A DNA stretch of 44,931 bases. It comes from Escherichia phage vB_EcoP_D. The notes under the pieces were generated by a model. The model worked only from the letters and a program-made list of their open reading frames with translations. It was not told the DNA's origin and made no database searches. The position numbers and the translations under genes were made by a program. The DNA lies in sequence record KY295893.1. One strand, written 5' to 3'. Below, one piece after another: positions 1 through 8,985 of this stretch. Each line of letters opens with the position of its first letter. The first letter of the stretch is position 1.

Positions 1-917
1 AGTCCACGAGCCATACCAGCGCGGCGGCGAGCATCCAGTCTAGCCTGATACTCAGCAGCAGCTTTCTTGTCTGTGCCGAAGCGAGAGCTAAGGGTCATCA
101 TCTCACGCAGGTACTGCTCACGCGAGAGTGGGCCGTTGTCTTCTGATGCGGCAGCAGGTGCAGATGGTTCAATCAGGCTTGGCTTGTCATCACCTTGTGC
201 AGCCTTACGGCGGCTCTCCAGTTCACGCACAGCGTATTGCTGAAGGTACTGGTTGCCAGATCCCATCACCGCATTGAATGCCATTAGTTCGTCATCAGAC
301 AGCGCTTCAAGTGCCCACGCCTCAAGACGGGACCACCCTTCTTCACCACCAATTTCCTTAGAAACATCAGAGAAGCGTTGGGTATTAGCTGCTTCCAACT
401 CTTTAGCTGCGTTGGCTTCTTTTAGGAAGAAGGCTTCATTTTGAGCCTTAAGGCCTGACAGGTAAGCATCTACCGCAAACTTGCCAAAAGCATCATACAG
501 TTTCTGCTTGGTTGCATCAGACAGCTCAAACTTGCCATCTTTGGCATAGAGTTCCTTGGCAACCTGCTTAGCATCAATACCTTTCTCTTTAAGGCTATCA
601 GTAACATCCTGTGGTATATCTACTGTTACTTCATAGTCTCCGAAGAAGTATTGCACTTCCTCAGTGTCGGTCGTGGTATCATCTGGCTTAGATTCACCAT
701 TCTCTCCGTCATTGTCTCTCGCTTCTGAAGGTTGTCCAGAAGTTTCTCCTCTGGTGTCTTCAGCAGATTGTGTACTAGCATTGTCATCTTGTACATTAGT
801 GCTAGTATCAGCATGAACATCATTAGTAGTAGCATCAGTTGATACCTCCTTGGTTTCTACCGGATTGTCTTCAGCAATAGGATGAGTGGTTGACGGTTCA
901 GTAAATGAGAAAGACAT
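1..917 (-). CDS. scaffolding protein, 3' end truncated by window start
   Basis: Open minus-strand frame from ATG 917..915 (RBS AAGGAGG, overlaps portal stop as TAATG) to the window edge; acidic ~305-aa product; sits between portal and capsid as T7 gene 9 does. Absent from the ORF track because no stop lies inside the window. Confidence 0.6.
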   Translation of the reverse strand, partial: MSFSFTEPSTTHPIAEDNPVETKEVSTDATTNDVHADTSTNVQDDNASTQSAEDTRGETSGQPSEARDNDGENGESKPDDTTTDTEEVQYFFGDYEVTVDIPQDVTDSLKEKGIDAKQVAKELYAKDGKFELSDATKQKLYDAFGKFAVDAYLSGLKAQNEAFFLKEANAAKELEAANTQRFSDVSKEIGGEEGWSRLEAWALEALSDDELMAFNAVMGSGNQYLQQYAVRELESRRKAAQGDDKPSLIEPSAPAAASEDNGPLSREQYLREMMTLSSRFGTDKKAAAEYQARLDARRRAGMARG

Positions 918-2467
918 TACGCCTCCTTAAGTTCTTGTTGAATTACACCCGGAATGGCCTTAGCCACACCCTCTTCAAGCATCTGTGCTTGCTGTGCTTG
1001 CATCTGCGCTTCCTGTTCTTGCTCCATCTCTTCAGTCGATTTAAGGAATGGCAGTTCAGCAGAGATTTGACCACGTACCCAATCCATGTAATCAGGCCAC
1101 TTCACAGCAGCTAGGACAGGCTCAGGCCATTGCAAAGGCAGTGACATGTACTGAGCGAAGTTTGCCAGCTTATCCAGTTCAGCCATGCGCCCTAATGCTT
1201 CAATGCCTGTGATAATCACAGGGTCAACTAGGTCACTAGTGAATGAATCACCTGCCTCCAGCAGACCCCACATCGCTACTGGCGATTGCATAGTAGTAGC
1301 AAAGAGGGAATATACACCGCCCATGTTCTGCTCAATCTCTAACGCATCTCGCTGGATTTCTACAGCAGTAACACGTTCGGCATCACGGCGTGTCATCGTC
1401 TCCATCATGAATACGACACCGATACGGCGAGTGTACACCTCTAGAACCGCACTAATAGGTGTGAGGTCTGCATACTTACCTAACTGTACAATATGGATGT
1501 CTTCTTCTACACCAGTAACAACCTCACCAGTGCCAGAGTTAACAAAGTGGTCAACATCAGTCTGAGCACCCGGACGAATCAAGTACTTAATATCTGCCAT
1601 CAGTGCAGCACCACGGGCAACTGCTTCAGACAGGAATTGGATAACGAATAAATCACCGGAGTAATCCTCTGCTAAAGGACGACCCCAATCCTCACCATAG
1701 CTTCGCTTCCAAGTTAGCGGGATAAATGGTAGCTTTTCTGATTTGATTTTACTTACCTTACCAACAGGGATATCATCAGCAGATTGCTTGAGTTCCCAAA
1801 AACCCTCACCAAGATACTTAGCATGTGTGTACAGCTTAATGCTGTCATCTTCCTTGCATTTCTTACCTTTCAAGCCCACCTCTACCACAGCACGGGTAGC
1901 GGGGTCAAATGTACGCAAGGACTTTTCTTGCAGTAAGATAATGTCTAACAGGTCGCCATTGGTATCACGGTTAACTACGTAGTGATGCATTGGTATTGCA
2001 CTGATTGCACCTTTGCTCGGCTTGTATAGCATACAGCTGCCAGCAACAATAAGATGCTTGAATGCTTCTACTACAGCAGGCCGGAATTGACGTTGCTCTA
2101 ACTCTTTCATTGCCCGTGTTTCCACTTGAGCAAAGATAGTAGCTAGCTCTGTCTTCTTCAGGCCACGCTGATTAAGAATCTTCTCACCTTGTGCAGTTAG
2201 GTCTACACGGAAGAAGGAGCGCTGTGCAGGGAATAGCACTTGCGCTAGCTTGTTGGCTAGGTGGTTAGTTGCCTGAGCACCTACACCTTGCCATCCGTTC
2301 TGCGAAGTCTCGTTATCACCTTTGTCATTCATCAGATAGGGCAAGGTTAATTTGGAGTAATGCTTCGCCCTATCAAGGAAAGAGCTACGTTTAGTGGAGA
2401 ACTTCTCCCATAGCTTAGGTATCTTAGACCGCTTACCTCCATACTCCAAATCTGTGCTCTGTTTCAT
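917..2467 (-). CDS. portal (head-to-tail connector) protein
   Basis: 516-aa ORF, size and position match T7 gp8-like portals; RBS AAGGTG before ATG; followed directly by the scaffold gene. Confidence 0.85.
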   Translation of the reverse strand: MKQSTDLEYGGKRSKIPKLWEKFSTKRSSFLDRAKHYSKLTLPYLMNDKGDNETSQNGWQGVGAQATNHLANKLAQVLFPAQRSFFRVDLTAQGEKILNQRGLKKTELATIFAQVETRAMKELEQRQFRPAVVEAFKHLIVAGSCMLYKPSKGAISAIPMHHYVVNRDTNGDLLDIILLQEKSLRTFDPATRAVVEVGLKGKKCKEDDSIKLYTHAKYLGEGFWELKQSADDIPVGKVSKIKSEKLPFIPLTWKRSYGEDWGRPLAEDYSGDLFVIQFLSEAVARGAALMADIKYLIRPGAQTDVDHFVNSGTGEVVTGVEEDIHIVQLGKYADLTPISAVLEVYTRRIGVVFMMETMTRRDAERVTAVEIQRDALEIEQNMGGVYSLFATTMQSPVAMWGLLEAGDSFTSDLVDPVIITGIEALGRMAELDKLANFAQYMSLPLQWPEPVLAAVKWPDYMDWVRGQISAELPFLKSTEEMEQEQEAQMQAQQAQMLEEGVAKAIPGVIQQELKEA

Positions 2468-2468
2468 A

Positions 2469-2678
2469 TTACACCTTCAAGCTAGAAGCTACCGGACGGA
2501 CAAGCCCGCGCTTACCTTTTGCAGATGCAGTCGCATCATCACCACCTGCACCAATCTGTATATCTTCAGCTTCAGTCTCAGGCTTACGCTCAAGCTGCTG
2601 AGCAGGAACCTTGGCTTCAATACGCGGTGCATCTTGAGCAAGACCGACAGCCTTAAATGCTTTCTTTACAATACCCAT
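2469..2678 (-). CDS. hypothetical small protein, possibly a virion-associated protein (position of T7 gene 6.7/7.3)
   Basis: 69-aa ORF with RBS AAGGAG; lies immediately upstream of portal. Function is a guess from position only. Confidence 0.35.
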   Translation of the reverse strand: MGIVKKAFKAVGLAQDAPRIEAKVPAQQLERKPETEAEDIQIGAGGDDATASAKGKRGLVRPVASSLKV

Positions 2679-2687
2679 GTGATCTCC

Positions 2688-3149
2688 TTAGAACTTCAGG
2701 TTATACACAGTGCCAAACTGTTCAAAGCCAAGTCGCTTATACATACGTCCGACACGTTCTTCATTAATACCAGAAGCGATAGACAGGCGAACCTCGGAAC
2801 ACCCACTATCGTTAGCCCATTGCTTCAAGGCTTTGATGAGGCGCATACCGAGCAGTGTCCCTCGCTTCTCTGGTACAATATAAAAGAGAATGTCAGATGC
2901 AACTCTTACAGGTGTCCAAGGGGCTAACTCGTGATAGCCAGCCCACAGAAAACCTACAATCTGCCCTTCATCTACAGCAACCCATAGGAATAAATCTTCT
3001 CTACTAAGAGATGCACAAAGGTTATGTGCGCTTTGTTCTGCATTCCATGAGGCTGAGTGGTGGGCTACAACCTTGACTTCCTCTTCCACATATTTATTCC
3101 CAAGGTTTATAATCTCAGGAATATCTAGGAATGAAGCTGGACGTATCAT
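2688..3149 (-). CDS. GNAT-family N-acetyltransferase
   Basis: 153-aa ORF containing an acetyl-CoA-binding-like segment (IVPEKRGTLLGMRLIKAL) typical of GNAT motif A. Confidence 0.6.
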   Translation of the reverse strand: MIRPASFLDIPEIINLGNKYVEEEVKVVAHHSASWNAEQSAHNLCASLSREDLFLWVAVDEGQIVGFLWAGYHELAPWTPVRVASDILFYIVPEKRGTLLGMRLIKALKQWANDSGCSEVRLSIASGINEERVGRMYKRLGFEQFGTVYNLKF

Positions 3150-3316
3150 TGGACCACCAGTTGTGCTCTAACACAATCCATAATGTAACGCTTCACTTCA
3201 TCTACGATTAATTCTTCGTGAGTCTTAGTCACCTTCGGAGAAGAAGGCTTGAGAATCATCTCAAGCATCTCCATACCCTCAAATGAAATCGTCGGTTTCT
3301 TCTTCGTCTGTACCAT
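3146..3316 (-). CDS. hypothetical small protein (start uncertain)
   Basis: Track ORF 3146..3328 begins at an apparent TTG; first ATG at 3316 lies inside the upstream gene. Weak RBS. Confidence 0.25.
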   Translation of the reverse strand: MVQTKKKPTISFEGMEMLEMILKPSSPKVTKTHEELIVDEVKRYIMDCVRAQLVVQ

Positions 3317-3494
3317 AGAGTTCTTCAACCTTCTCTTGGATAGCTTCTACAGAAAGACCAAGCTCTTCTGCATCAGCTAGTAAGGTATATGGCACTTCCA
3401 TGCCACAGGATAAAGTTTCAAAGATAGCTTCTGCTACCTCAACTGCACGAGTTGCCTTCATGCTATCAAAAGAAATCTGGTTCATCTTTGTCAT
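3279..3494 (-). CDS. hypothetical acidic protein
   Basis: 71-aa ORF with acidic C-terminus (EEETDDFI), packed between ligase and GNAT genes. Confidence 0.4.
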   Translation of the reverse strand: MTKMNQISFDSMKATRAVEVAEAIFETLSCGMEVPYTLLADAEELGLSVEAIQEKVEELYGTDEEETDDFI

Positions 3495-4413
3495 GTCTTA
3501 ATTCTCCAGCTTTGGGCAGACGAATGTTGCCCTTGCTTGAATCCTGAAGACCTTTTACTTCAAAGATTTTACCAATGACATTCAATCGTCCACCGTGTTT
3601 AATATCGTGGAACATCTGTTCTGCATCTGCATGAGTCCACCCTTTACCTAACATAGCTTTGATTGTCTTTCCTCCTTTCCATTTGAAAATGAGGTTAGCT
3701 ACCTTACCTTTGTACTTACCTTTGCCTTCTTCAAAGCCAATACAAGTAAGGTCATAAGTTACCTTACGGACTTCTTTAGTCTGACGATAACCTTTGTGGC
3801 CTGCTTCATAATCACAGTCCAGTTTAAACACAGCACCCTCTCGGCCTGCGTCTATTTGCTCTTGCGCAAACGCTTCAACTTCTCGCTCATTATGGCAAGG
3901 AGTAATAGGAAGGATAGCGTTGTACCCGCTAAGATGAGCGCCGATGCGACGATGTAAAGCATCGTAACGTTTGAGATAAGAAACATCAGTGAATCCATCA
4001 TGGAATGCCTTAATAGTTAACATATCGAAGAAGTCAATATACAGGTTGTCTTTAATCTGCTGGCCTATGAAATCAAGTGGCTCTGTGCGATTAGGGTTAA
4101 CTACTCCAGAAAGTGCTTCAAGGTAGACATCAACAGCCATAGATTGCAACTCACCGAGATAAATGCCAGTAGGGAAAGCTGAATAAGATTCTTCCAAGGT
4201 TTCCGTGTTAGCCAGTTTCTTTCCAGTGCGTCCAAAGACACCAACGACACCATCGTTGCGAACAACCACAGCACTAAATATCCCATCTCGTTTTACCTGT
4301 GCATAACATGGAAAAGTTAATTTCTTCTCAGGTACTTCACCGCGATGTTTCACCAGCATGAATGGGTGATTGCGGTGGTCTTCTGGAAGACCTAGGAATT
4401 GGAAGATATTCAT
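3466..4413 (-). CDS. ATP-dependent DNA ligase
   Basis: 315-aa ORF with the adenylation motif KxDG (KRDGIF); strong RBS GAAGGAGGTGAA before ATG 4413; size matches T7 gp1.3-class ligases. Confidence 0.8.
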   Translation of the reverse strand: MNIFQFLGLPEDHRNHPFMLVKHRGEVPEKKLTFPCYAQVKRDGIFSAVVVRNDGVVGVFGRTGKKLANTETLEESYSAFPTGIYLGELQSMAVDVYLEALSGVVNPNRTEPLDFIGQQIKDNLYIDFFDMLTIKAFHDGFTDVSYLKRYDALHRRIGAHLSGYNAILPITPCHNEREVEAFAQEQIDAGREGAVFKLDCDYEAGHKGYRQTKEVRKVTYDLTCIGFEEGKGKYKGKVANLIFKWKGGKTIKAMLGKGWTHADAEQMFHDIKHGGRLNVIGKIFEVKGLQDSSKGNIRLPKAGELRHDKDEPDFF

Positions 4414-4601
4414 TTCACCTCCTTCATCACACCTTTAACTATTGCCTCTTTAAAGTATGCTAAGTCAGAACCATAGGCACTTAGGAACCACATTGCACCT
4501 TCATCATTGGAGGTCAATACAAAACCAAGAGGGCTTACTCTATATAAGTTACCGAAGTACCCTCTATATAGTTTACCTTCCATATTAAATATCCTCATCA
4601 A
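4410..4601 (-). CDS. hypothetical protein
   Basis: 63-aa ORF; its TGA stop overlaps the ligase ATG. Confidence 0.4.
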   Translation of the reverse strand: MMRIFNMEGKLYRGYFGNLYRVSPLGFVLTSNDEGAMWFLSAYGSDLAYFKEAIVKGVMKEVK

Positions 4602-5055
4602 TACATTCGTGACGATGCTTCTGGAATAGCTCTTTGTAGTAGTCTGCTTTCTTCAGATCTTCTTCCGTGTTGAATTTCTTCCCTGCACGCAGACGATACT
4701 TCAAAGCATTACCCATGCAATATCCAGCAAATTGCTTCTCGGTCATACTACGAGCAATGATAGTGATTGCCTCTACCCCATCGAAGAACTCGTAGTGCTT
4801 AGGCTTAGTAACCATATTGTTGTCCAACGTGCTAGGATCTTCACCTTGCAATGAGTCAACAACCTTGAAGTAAGGTGCATACCATTCGCGCTTCTCAACA
4901 CCTTCTAACATGATAGAGTTATAATTAGGTTCTGCACGGGATACTTTGAATACCCCATCTGGTTTCTTGTCTAGGCTTTCACACAGTTTATTCCAGATGG
5001 CATCTCGGTAAGCTGCACGGCGTACGACGTATTCGCCAATATAAATCTTTGACAT
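4585..5055 (-). CDS. hypothetical conserved phage protein
   Basis: Track ORF 4585..5070; ATG at 5055 (MSKIYIGEY) has RBS GGAGGAA. No family recognised with confidence. Confidence 0.5.
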   Translation of the reverse strand: MSKIYIGEYVVRRAAYRDAIWNKLCESLDKKPDGVFKVSRAEPNYNSIMLEGVEKREWYAPYFKVVDSLQGEDPSTLDNNMVTKPKHYEFFDGVEAITIIARSMTEKQFAGYCMGNALKYRLRAGKKFNTEEDLKKADYYKELFQKHRHECIDEDI

Positions 5056-5106
5056 AATTAATTCCTCCATTCACTATACAATCAAGGGCAAGCTAATACC
5101 TACCCT

Positions 5107-5129
5107 TTGTTCTATAGTGTCAACTAAAT
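5107..5129 (-). promoter_or_regulatory. phage RNAP promoter, SP6-type subclass (ATTTAGTTGACACTATAGAACAA)
   Basis: Minus-strand 23-mer matching the SP6 consensus ATTTAGGTGACACTATAGAAGAG at 17 of 18 positions from -17 to +1; predicted +1 G at 5112; intergenic, upstream of 4585..5055. Confidence 0.6.
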
Positions 5130-6131
5130 CTTACCAATCCAGCGATTGTCATTATTGGTCTGCATCGGGACAATGTGCGGCACACCCTCCAGAATAACCA
5201 CACAACCTAATGCTGGCTTGTATTTGGACTCACGACCATAGGCAAATGCACGAGATGACTCATCAATCAAACAGCCTCCCTGCACAGCCCAATACTGTTC
5301 ATGGGTGTTACGTGCATACTCCACCGACATCTTCCCATGCAAGTGACCACACACTAAGTTCATGCGCTCATGTGCTGCATCTGCTAGGACAGCGCCAGCA
5401 GGTTGATGCTTGAACGCCACCTGCTCACCATTAGGTAGCTCAAGTACATGCGTATGCTGCCAGTCCCACTGGTCGCCACCTCCCTGCGGGAAGAAGACTT
5501 CACGGTATGTGCGCAGGTATTGCACAGGGATGCCATGAGCACTGGCCTTACGGAAATGTAAGGAGCCATGATTAGAGTGGCAGATGCGCATTACAGGGAA
5601 CATCTTATGTAATTTACGCATGAAGATACGAGCCTTCTCTAACTCCATACCAGCCGAATCCAGATTAGGATCTGACGTATGGAATGAAAGTGCGTGCTTG
5701 TCCGCCTCATCACCAAGATGAACTACAGTGTCTGGACGGTAACGTGCTGCCACCGCTGCCAGAAACTCTAATGTATCTGGATGCTCATAAGGTGCATGGG
5801 TGTCAGGTATTACCAGTACACTTCGATGAGGCGAGTCAGGCAATGGTACAATAGCCAAATCCTCGTAGCGGTCAGGAGTCCTGAGCTTACGTTCTTCTTT
5901 GATAGCACGGTTCGCAATAGCCAAGGTTTCATACGCCTCGCCATTCTTCTTCCGCTTTTCAAATTGTTTGGCCCAATACTTTGCAAGCTGCCTTGTAACT
6001 GTAGTCCCGTGTGTGTTATCTGAGAGAATAGACGCCATTAGGCGATAGTTGATAGTGCCATCATCCCGCTTTGCACTTTCAACTGCTTCTTCTACCTCCT
6101 TATTAGTAAACAAGTTTCTAATCTTACCCAT
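5124..6131 (-). CDS. calcineurin-like metallophosphoesterase
   Basis: Metallophosphatase signature pieces VIPDTHAPY, HLGDE and GHLH; ATG at 6131 (MGKIRNLF) overlaps the HNH stop by 1 nt; track start at 6143 is TTG. Confidence 0.7.
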   Translation of the reverse strand: MGKIRNLFTNKEVEEAVESAKRDDGTINYRLMASILSDNTHGTTVTRQLAKYWAKQFEKRKKNGEAYETLAIANRAIKEERKLRTPDRYEDLAIVPLPDSPHRSVLVIPDTHAPYEHPDTLEFLAAVAARYRPDTVVHLGDEADKHALSFHTSDPNLDSAGMELEKARIFMRKLHKMFPVMRICHSNHGSLHFRKASAHGIPVQYLRTYREVFFPQGGGDQWDWQHTHVLELPNGEQVAFKHQPAGAVLADAAHERMNLVCGHLHGKMSVEYARNTHEQYWAVQGGCLIDESSRAFAYGRESKYKPALGCVVILEGVPHIVPMQTNNDNRWIGKI

Positions 6132-6562
6132 TATTCTTTCCAAACCCTCCCGCTTACAATATCACTAATGGTAGCAGGTGAGACATTATATAGCTTAGCT
6201 AGTCGTAACCTCTCACCTTTCTTATTAGCAACATATGTTGCCCTGATAGCACGTACAACATCCCAAGTTAGTTTAGCACGATTATTATTTTCTCCTGCAA
6301 AGCTAGCACGTCTGCCTCGATCTATCATATCTTGTATGTTGTCCTGCTGTGTACCAGATATTAAGTGTGCAGGGTTTATACACCTTGCATTATCACAAGT
6401 GTGTCTAATCACTACATCCTTTATATCCTCTATAGAAAGGCCGTGGTGCTCTGCATAGACCACGCGATGAAGTAATTGTAACCTCTTACTAGGTTTATGC
6501 CACGACCTGTAGTAACCTAATTGATTTAAGCATTTATAATGCCCGTGGTCTATACAGTCCAT
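6131..6562 (-). CDS. HNH homing endonuclease, free-standing
   Basis: Contains the HNH core VIRHTCDNARCINPAHLISGTQQDN; ATG at 6562 (MDCIDHGHYK) with RBS AAGGAG right after the upstream gene's stop. The track's N-terminal extension overlaps the upstream gene and is not believed. Confidence 0.8.
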   Translation of the reverse strand: MDCIDHGHYKCLNQLGYYRSWHKPSKRLQLLHRVVYAEHHGLSIEDIKDVVIRHTCDNARCINPAHLISGTQQDNIQDMIDRGRRASFAGENNNRAKLTWDVVRAIRATYVANKKGERLRLAKLYNVSPATISDIVSGRVWKE

Positions 6563-6563
6563 A

Positions 6564-6965
6564 TCATACTCCTTTCTTTCTTGCATAAGCAAGGCGTGCC
6601 TTACGGTTCTTAGCCTCGCGCTTCTCTGCCTCCGTTTGATGTTTGTGATATAACTTATCTGTCTGAGGCGTACTATGTAACTTCCAGTATTCATACAGTC
6701 GTTCTAACCATTGAAGCTGGAAGTAACGGTTATTACCTGCCTTGCCATAACCAGAGATAACACCCTTAATCTTCCCTTCCGCACCATTGCAGCCTCGGCA
6801 TACAACAGCGCGGCAGAATCCTGTCTCATGGTCATGGTCAAGTACACGGTTTACAGGTGTGACAGCTTTGAGACTGCCGCCACACAGAGGGCATTTCCAG
6901 CCTTGCTTATCCAGCAATTCCTTCTTATAAGCTGCCACCTCCGATGCTTTTAATTTGCTAACCAT
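6564..6965 (-). CDS. endonuclease VII-like Holliday-junction resolvase
   Basis: 133-aa ORF with CPLCGG...LDHDHETGFCRAVVCRGCN, resembling the T4 endonuclease VII zinc/HxH region. Confidence 0.7.
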   Translation of the reverse strand: MVSKLKASEVAAYKKELLDKQGWKCPLCGGSLKAVTPVNRVLDHDHETGFCRAVVCRGCNGAEGKIKGVISGYGKAGNNRYFQLQWLERLYEYWKLHSTPQTDKLYHKHQTEAEKREAKNRKARLAYARKKGV

Positions 6966-7978
6966 TCCGCATCATCTCCCCACAAGATTGGGTTCTTATC
7001 GGCTCGCCATATATCACCTTTGAATCTAGCCATGTGAGCTAGGCGACCACATTCAAGCATCAGGTCAAAGGCTTTGCCGATACGATAACCACCTCGGTAA
7101 TTCTTAATCTTAACTTGTCCATGCCCGAACTTAGCCTTGTAAGCACCCAGCACTGCCATGTACAACTCTTTCTCTGTCTTACAATCTTTGAGAAGATCAT
7201 AGGCATATTTAGCACCACGACCTGGTATGCCAGCATAGTTATCAATATCATCACCGATAATCATCTGTGCATAGTGGAACATGAGGCCAGCACCTTTTAG
7301 ATCTTTGACTTGCCCATTAGCCTTACGGCGTAGCTCAAGCCAGCCCATAGGCTCTACCCACTTCTTCTCTTGACCCGGCTGTAGATGCCAACCGGGAACA
7401 ATCATCAAATCCTTATCCAAGGAAACGATGCAAGTATCAGAGAATGCTTTATGCTCTGGACTACCGATAGGGAACTCGTTACCTGTATCTTGCTGGAAGC
7501 GGCGGTGGCTGTCCCATTGTGCGATACTCATGAGGTCGTCTGCTTCCTCTCCATCTGCCAAGATTGCACCGTGAACCTCTAAGAGATGCTCTCGCAATTC
7601 ATAGAAGAATGGAGGCTTCTCGGTCTTACGTTGGCCTTTATAAGGCTTGGTGAATGCTAGGCGGACACGGAAGTTAGCTTCTGATTTCGTCATGAATAAC
7701 TTAGCTGCATCACATTCTGCTGCATACACCCAAGAGTTAAGCAAGGAGTTCACACGGTCACACGCTTGCTTACACTCAGGCGTATCTTTGATTGATGGGA
7801 CTTGTCCTGACTTAACACGAGTTGTGGCTCGTACATAAGTCATGTCGCTGATTGTATACGCGACGATGTAAGGCAACATATCGGCATCTATTAAAGCGAT
7901 TCGATTACCTTCAGTCGGCCACAGGATGAGATTATTGTCTTCCGATACTGTAGCTCCGAAGTCGAAGTTTGGTCGCAT
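6950..7978 (-). CDS. 5'-3' exonuclease (T7 gene 6-like, FEN family)
   Basis: N-terminal ALIDADMLPY and GEEADDLM motifs; ATG at 7978 with RBS AAGGAG; track start 7987 is GTG. Confidence 0.8.
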   Translation of the reverse strand: MRPNFDFGATVSEDNNLILWPTEGNRIALIDADMLPYIVAYTISDMTYVRATTRVKSGQVPSIKDTPECKQACDRVNSLLNSWVYAAECDAAKLFMTKSEANFRVRLAFTKPYKGQRKTEKPPFFYELREHLLEVHGAILADGEEADDLMSIAQWDSHRRFQQDTGNEFPIGSPEHKAFSDTCIVSLDKDLMIVPGWHLQPGQEKKWVEPMGWLELRRKANGQVKDLKGAGLMFHYAQMIIGDDIDNYAGIPGRGAKYAYDLLKDCKTEKELYMAVLGAYKAKFGHGQVKIKNYRGGYRIGKAFDLMLECGRLAHMARFKGDIWRADKNPILWGDDAEWLAN

Positions 7979-8163
7979 GTAGGCCACTCCTTCAAGAAGG
8001 AGGACACCGCATCATGGAGGTTCTGTCTTAACCAATAGTCATCCCATTGTCTCACCTCCACTAGCTTCTCACCAGTTTTGTAATCATAGGCAACCCCAAT
8101 ATACTGTCTGGTGATTGCATTGTAGCTAATGTCCAGTTCAATTCGAGATTCAATAGTCGGCAT
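7891..8163 (-). CDS. hypothetical protein
   Basis: 90-aa ORF with ATG 8163 and RBS GGAG; its last 88 nt overlap the exonuclease start in another frame. Confidence 0.4.
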   Translation of the reverse strand: MPTIESRIELDISYNAITRQYIGVAYDYKTGEKLVEVRQWDDYWLRQNLHDAVSSFLKEWPTCDQTSTSELQYRKTIISSCGRLKVIESL

Positions 8164-8280
8164 AATTCATTCTCCAATAACTATTACGCAAAAGACCCTG
8201 CCTACACTAAGGCAGACAGGGCATTAGATGAGGTGAGCGTGATAGTCAACTAGGACTAAAAGAGGCTACACCTGCTATTA

Positions 8281-8652
8281 TCAAAACTCTTCCTCTTCGC
8301 TAACCGGAGCTTCCGGTGCAGACACTTCTACTGCCGGAGCTTCAGCTTCTTCAGCAGCTTTAACTTCTTTCACTGGTTTACCAGCAGCAATCCAATCCAG
8401 ATATTCAGCTACGATGTTAGCCTTACCGATCTGGGCTTTGTCAGCCTGCTCAGGGAAGCAAGCACGAGCGAACTCCAGACCATCAGCGAAGTTACCCATG
8501 CTGTCAATCTTAGCCTGAGCTTCTTCACGGGTATCGTAAGCCTTAGTACCAGCTACCAGTTGATCAGCTTCATCAACGATAATGAAAGACTCAACGGATA
8601 CCAGAGCAGCACCTTTAACAACACGGTTTACGATAGTTTCAATCTTGAACAT
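8281..8652 (-). CDS. hypothetical protein with acidic C-terminal tail (ends SEEEEF)
   Basis: 123-aa ORF, RBS AAGGAG; Ala/Glu-rich C-terminus ending in Phe. Confidence 0.5.
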   Translation of the reverse strand: MFKIETIVNRVVKGAALVSVESFIIVDEADQLVAGTKAYDTREEAQAKIDSMGNFADGLEFARACFPEQADKAQIGKANIVAEYLDWIAAGKPVKEVKAAEEAEAPAVEVSAPEAPVSEEEEF

Positions 8653-8702
8653 ATTAAATTCTCCTTTTGTTGGTTATGGCATTATCGCCGATTAAAATTC
8701 TT

Positions 8703-8725
8703 CTCTTCTATAGTGTCCAGTAAAT
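8703..8725 (-). promoter_or_regulatory. phage RNAP promoter, main subclass (ATTTACTGGACACTATAGAAGAG)
   Basis: Minus-strand match to the repeated consensus; +1 G at 8708; intergenic, upstream of 8281..8652. Confidence 0.6.
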
Positions 8726-8740
8726 ACCGGACACCGATTT

Positions 8741-8756
8741 GTCTCACACGTGAGAC
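8741..8756. repeat. 16-bp palindrome GTCTCACACGTGAGAC
   Basis: Perfect-arm palindrome GTCTCAC-NN-GTGAGAC, intergenic, ~15 bp upstream (transcript sense) of promoter 8703..8725. Confidence 0.7.
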
Positions 8757-8757
8757 T

Positions 8758-8976
8758 TTATAAAACTGTGTTCACCTGAGCAATGTCATGCGCCGGAAGC
8801 GATACGCCGTGGCGTTTCCCCGTAGCTGGGTCGCTGTAGTTCACCACGTGCTGTCCGTCGCGCCAGATGTAGTGCAGGTCGGCATATGTGTCCCCTTCAG
8901 AGAAGGAGTGAAAAGTGTTGCCGCCAAGAGTTGTAATTCCTTTCTTGCAGTGCAGGGTTACGATTTGTACTTTCAT
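8758..8976 (-). CDS. hypothetical protein
   Basis: 72-aa ORF with RBS AAGGAG. Confidence 0.5.
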   Translation of the reverse strand: MKVQIVTLHCKKGITTLGGNTFHSFSEGDTYADLHYIWRDGQHVVNYSDPATGKRHGVSLPAHDIAQVNTVL

Positions 8977-8985
8977 CCTTTCTCC

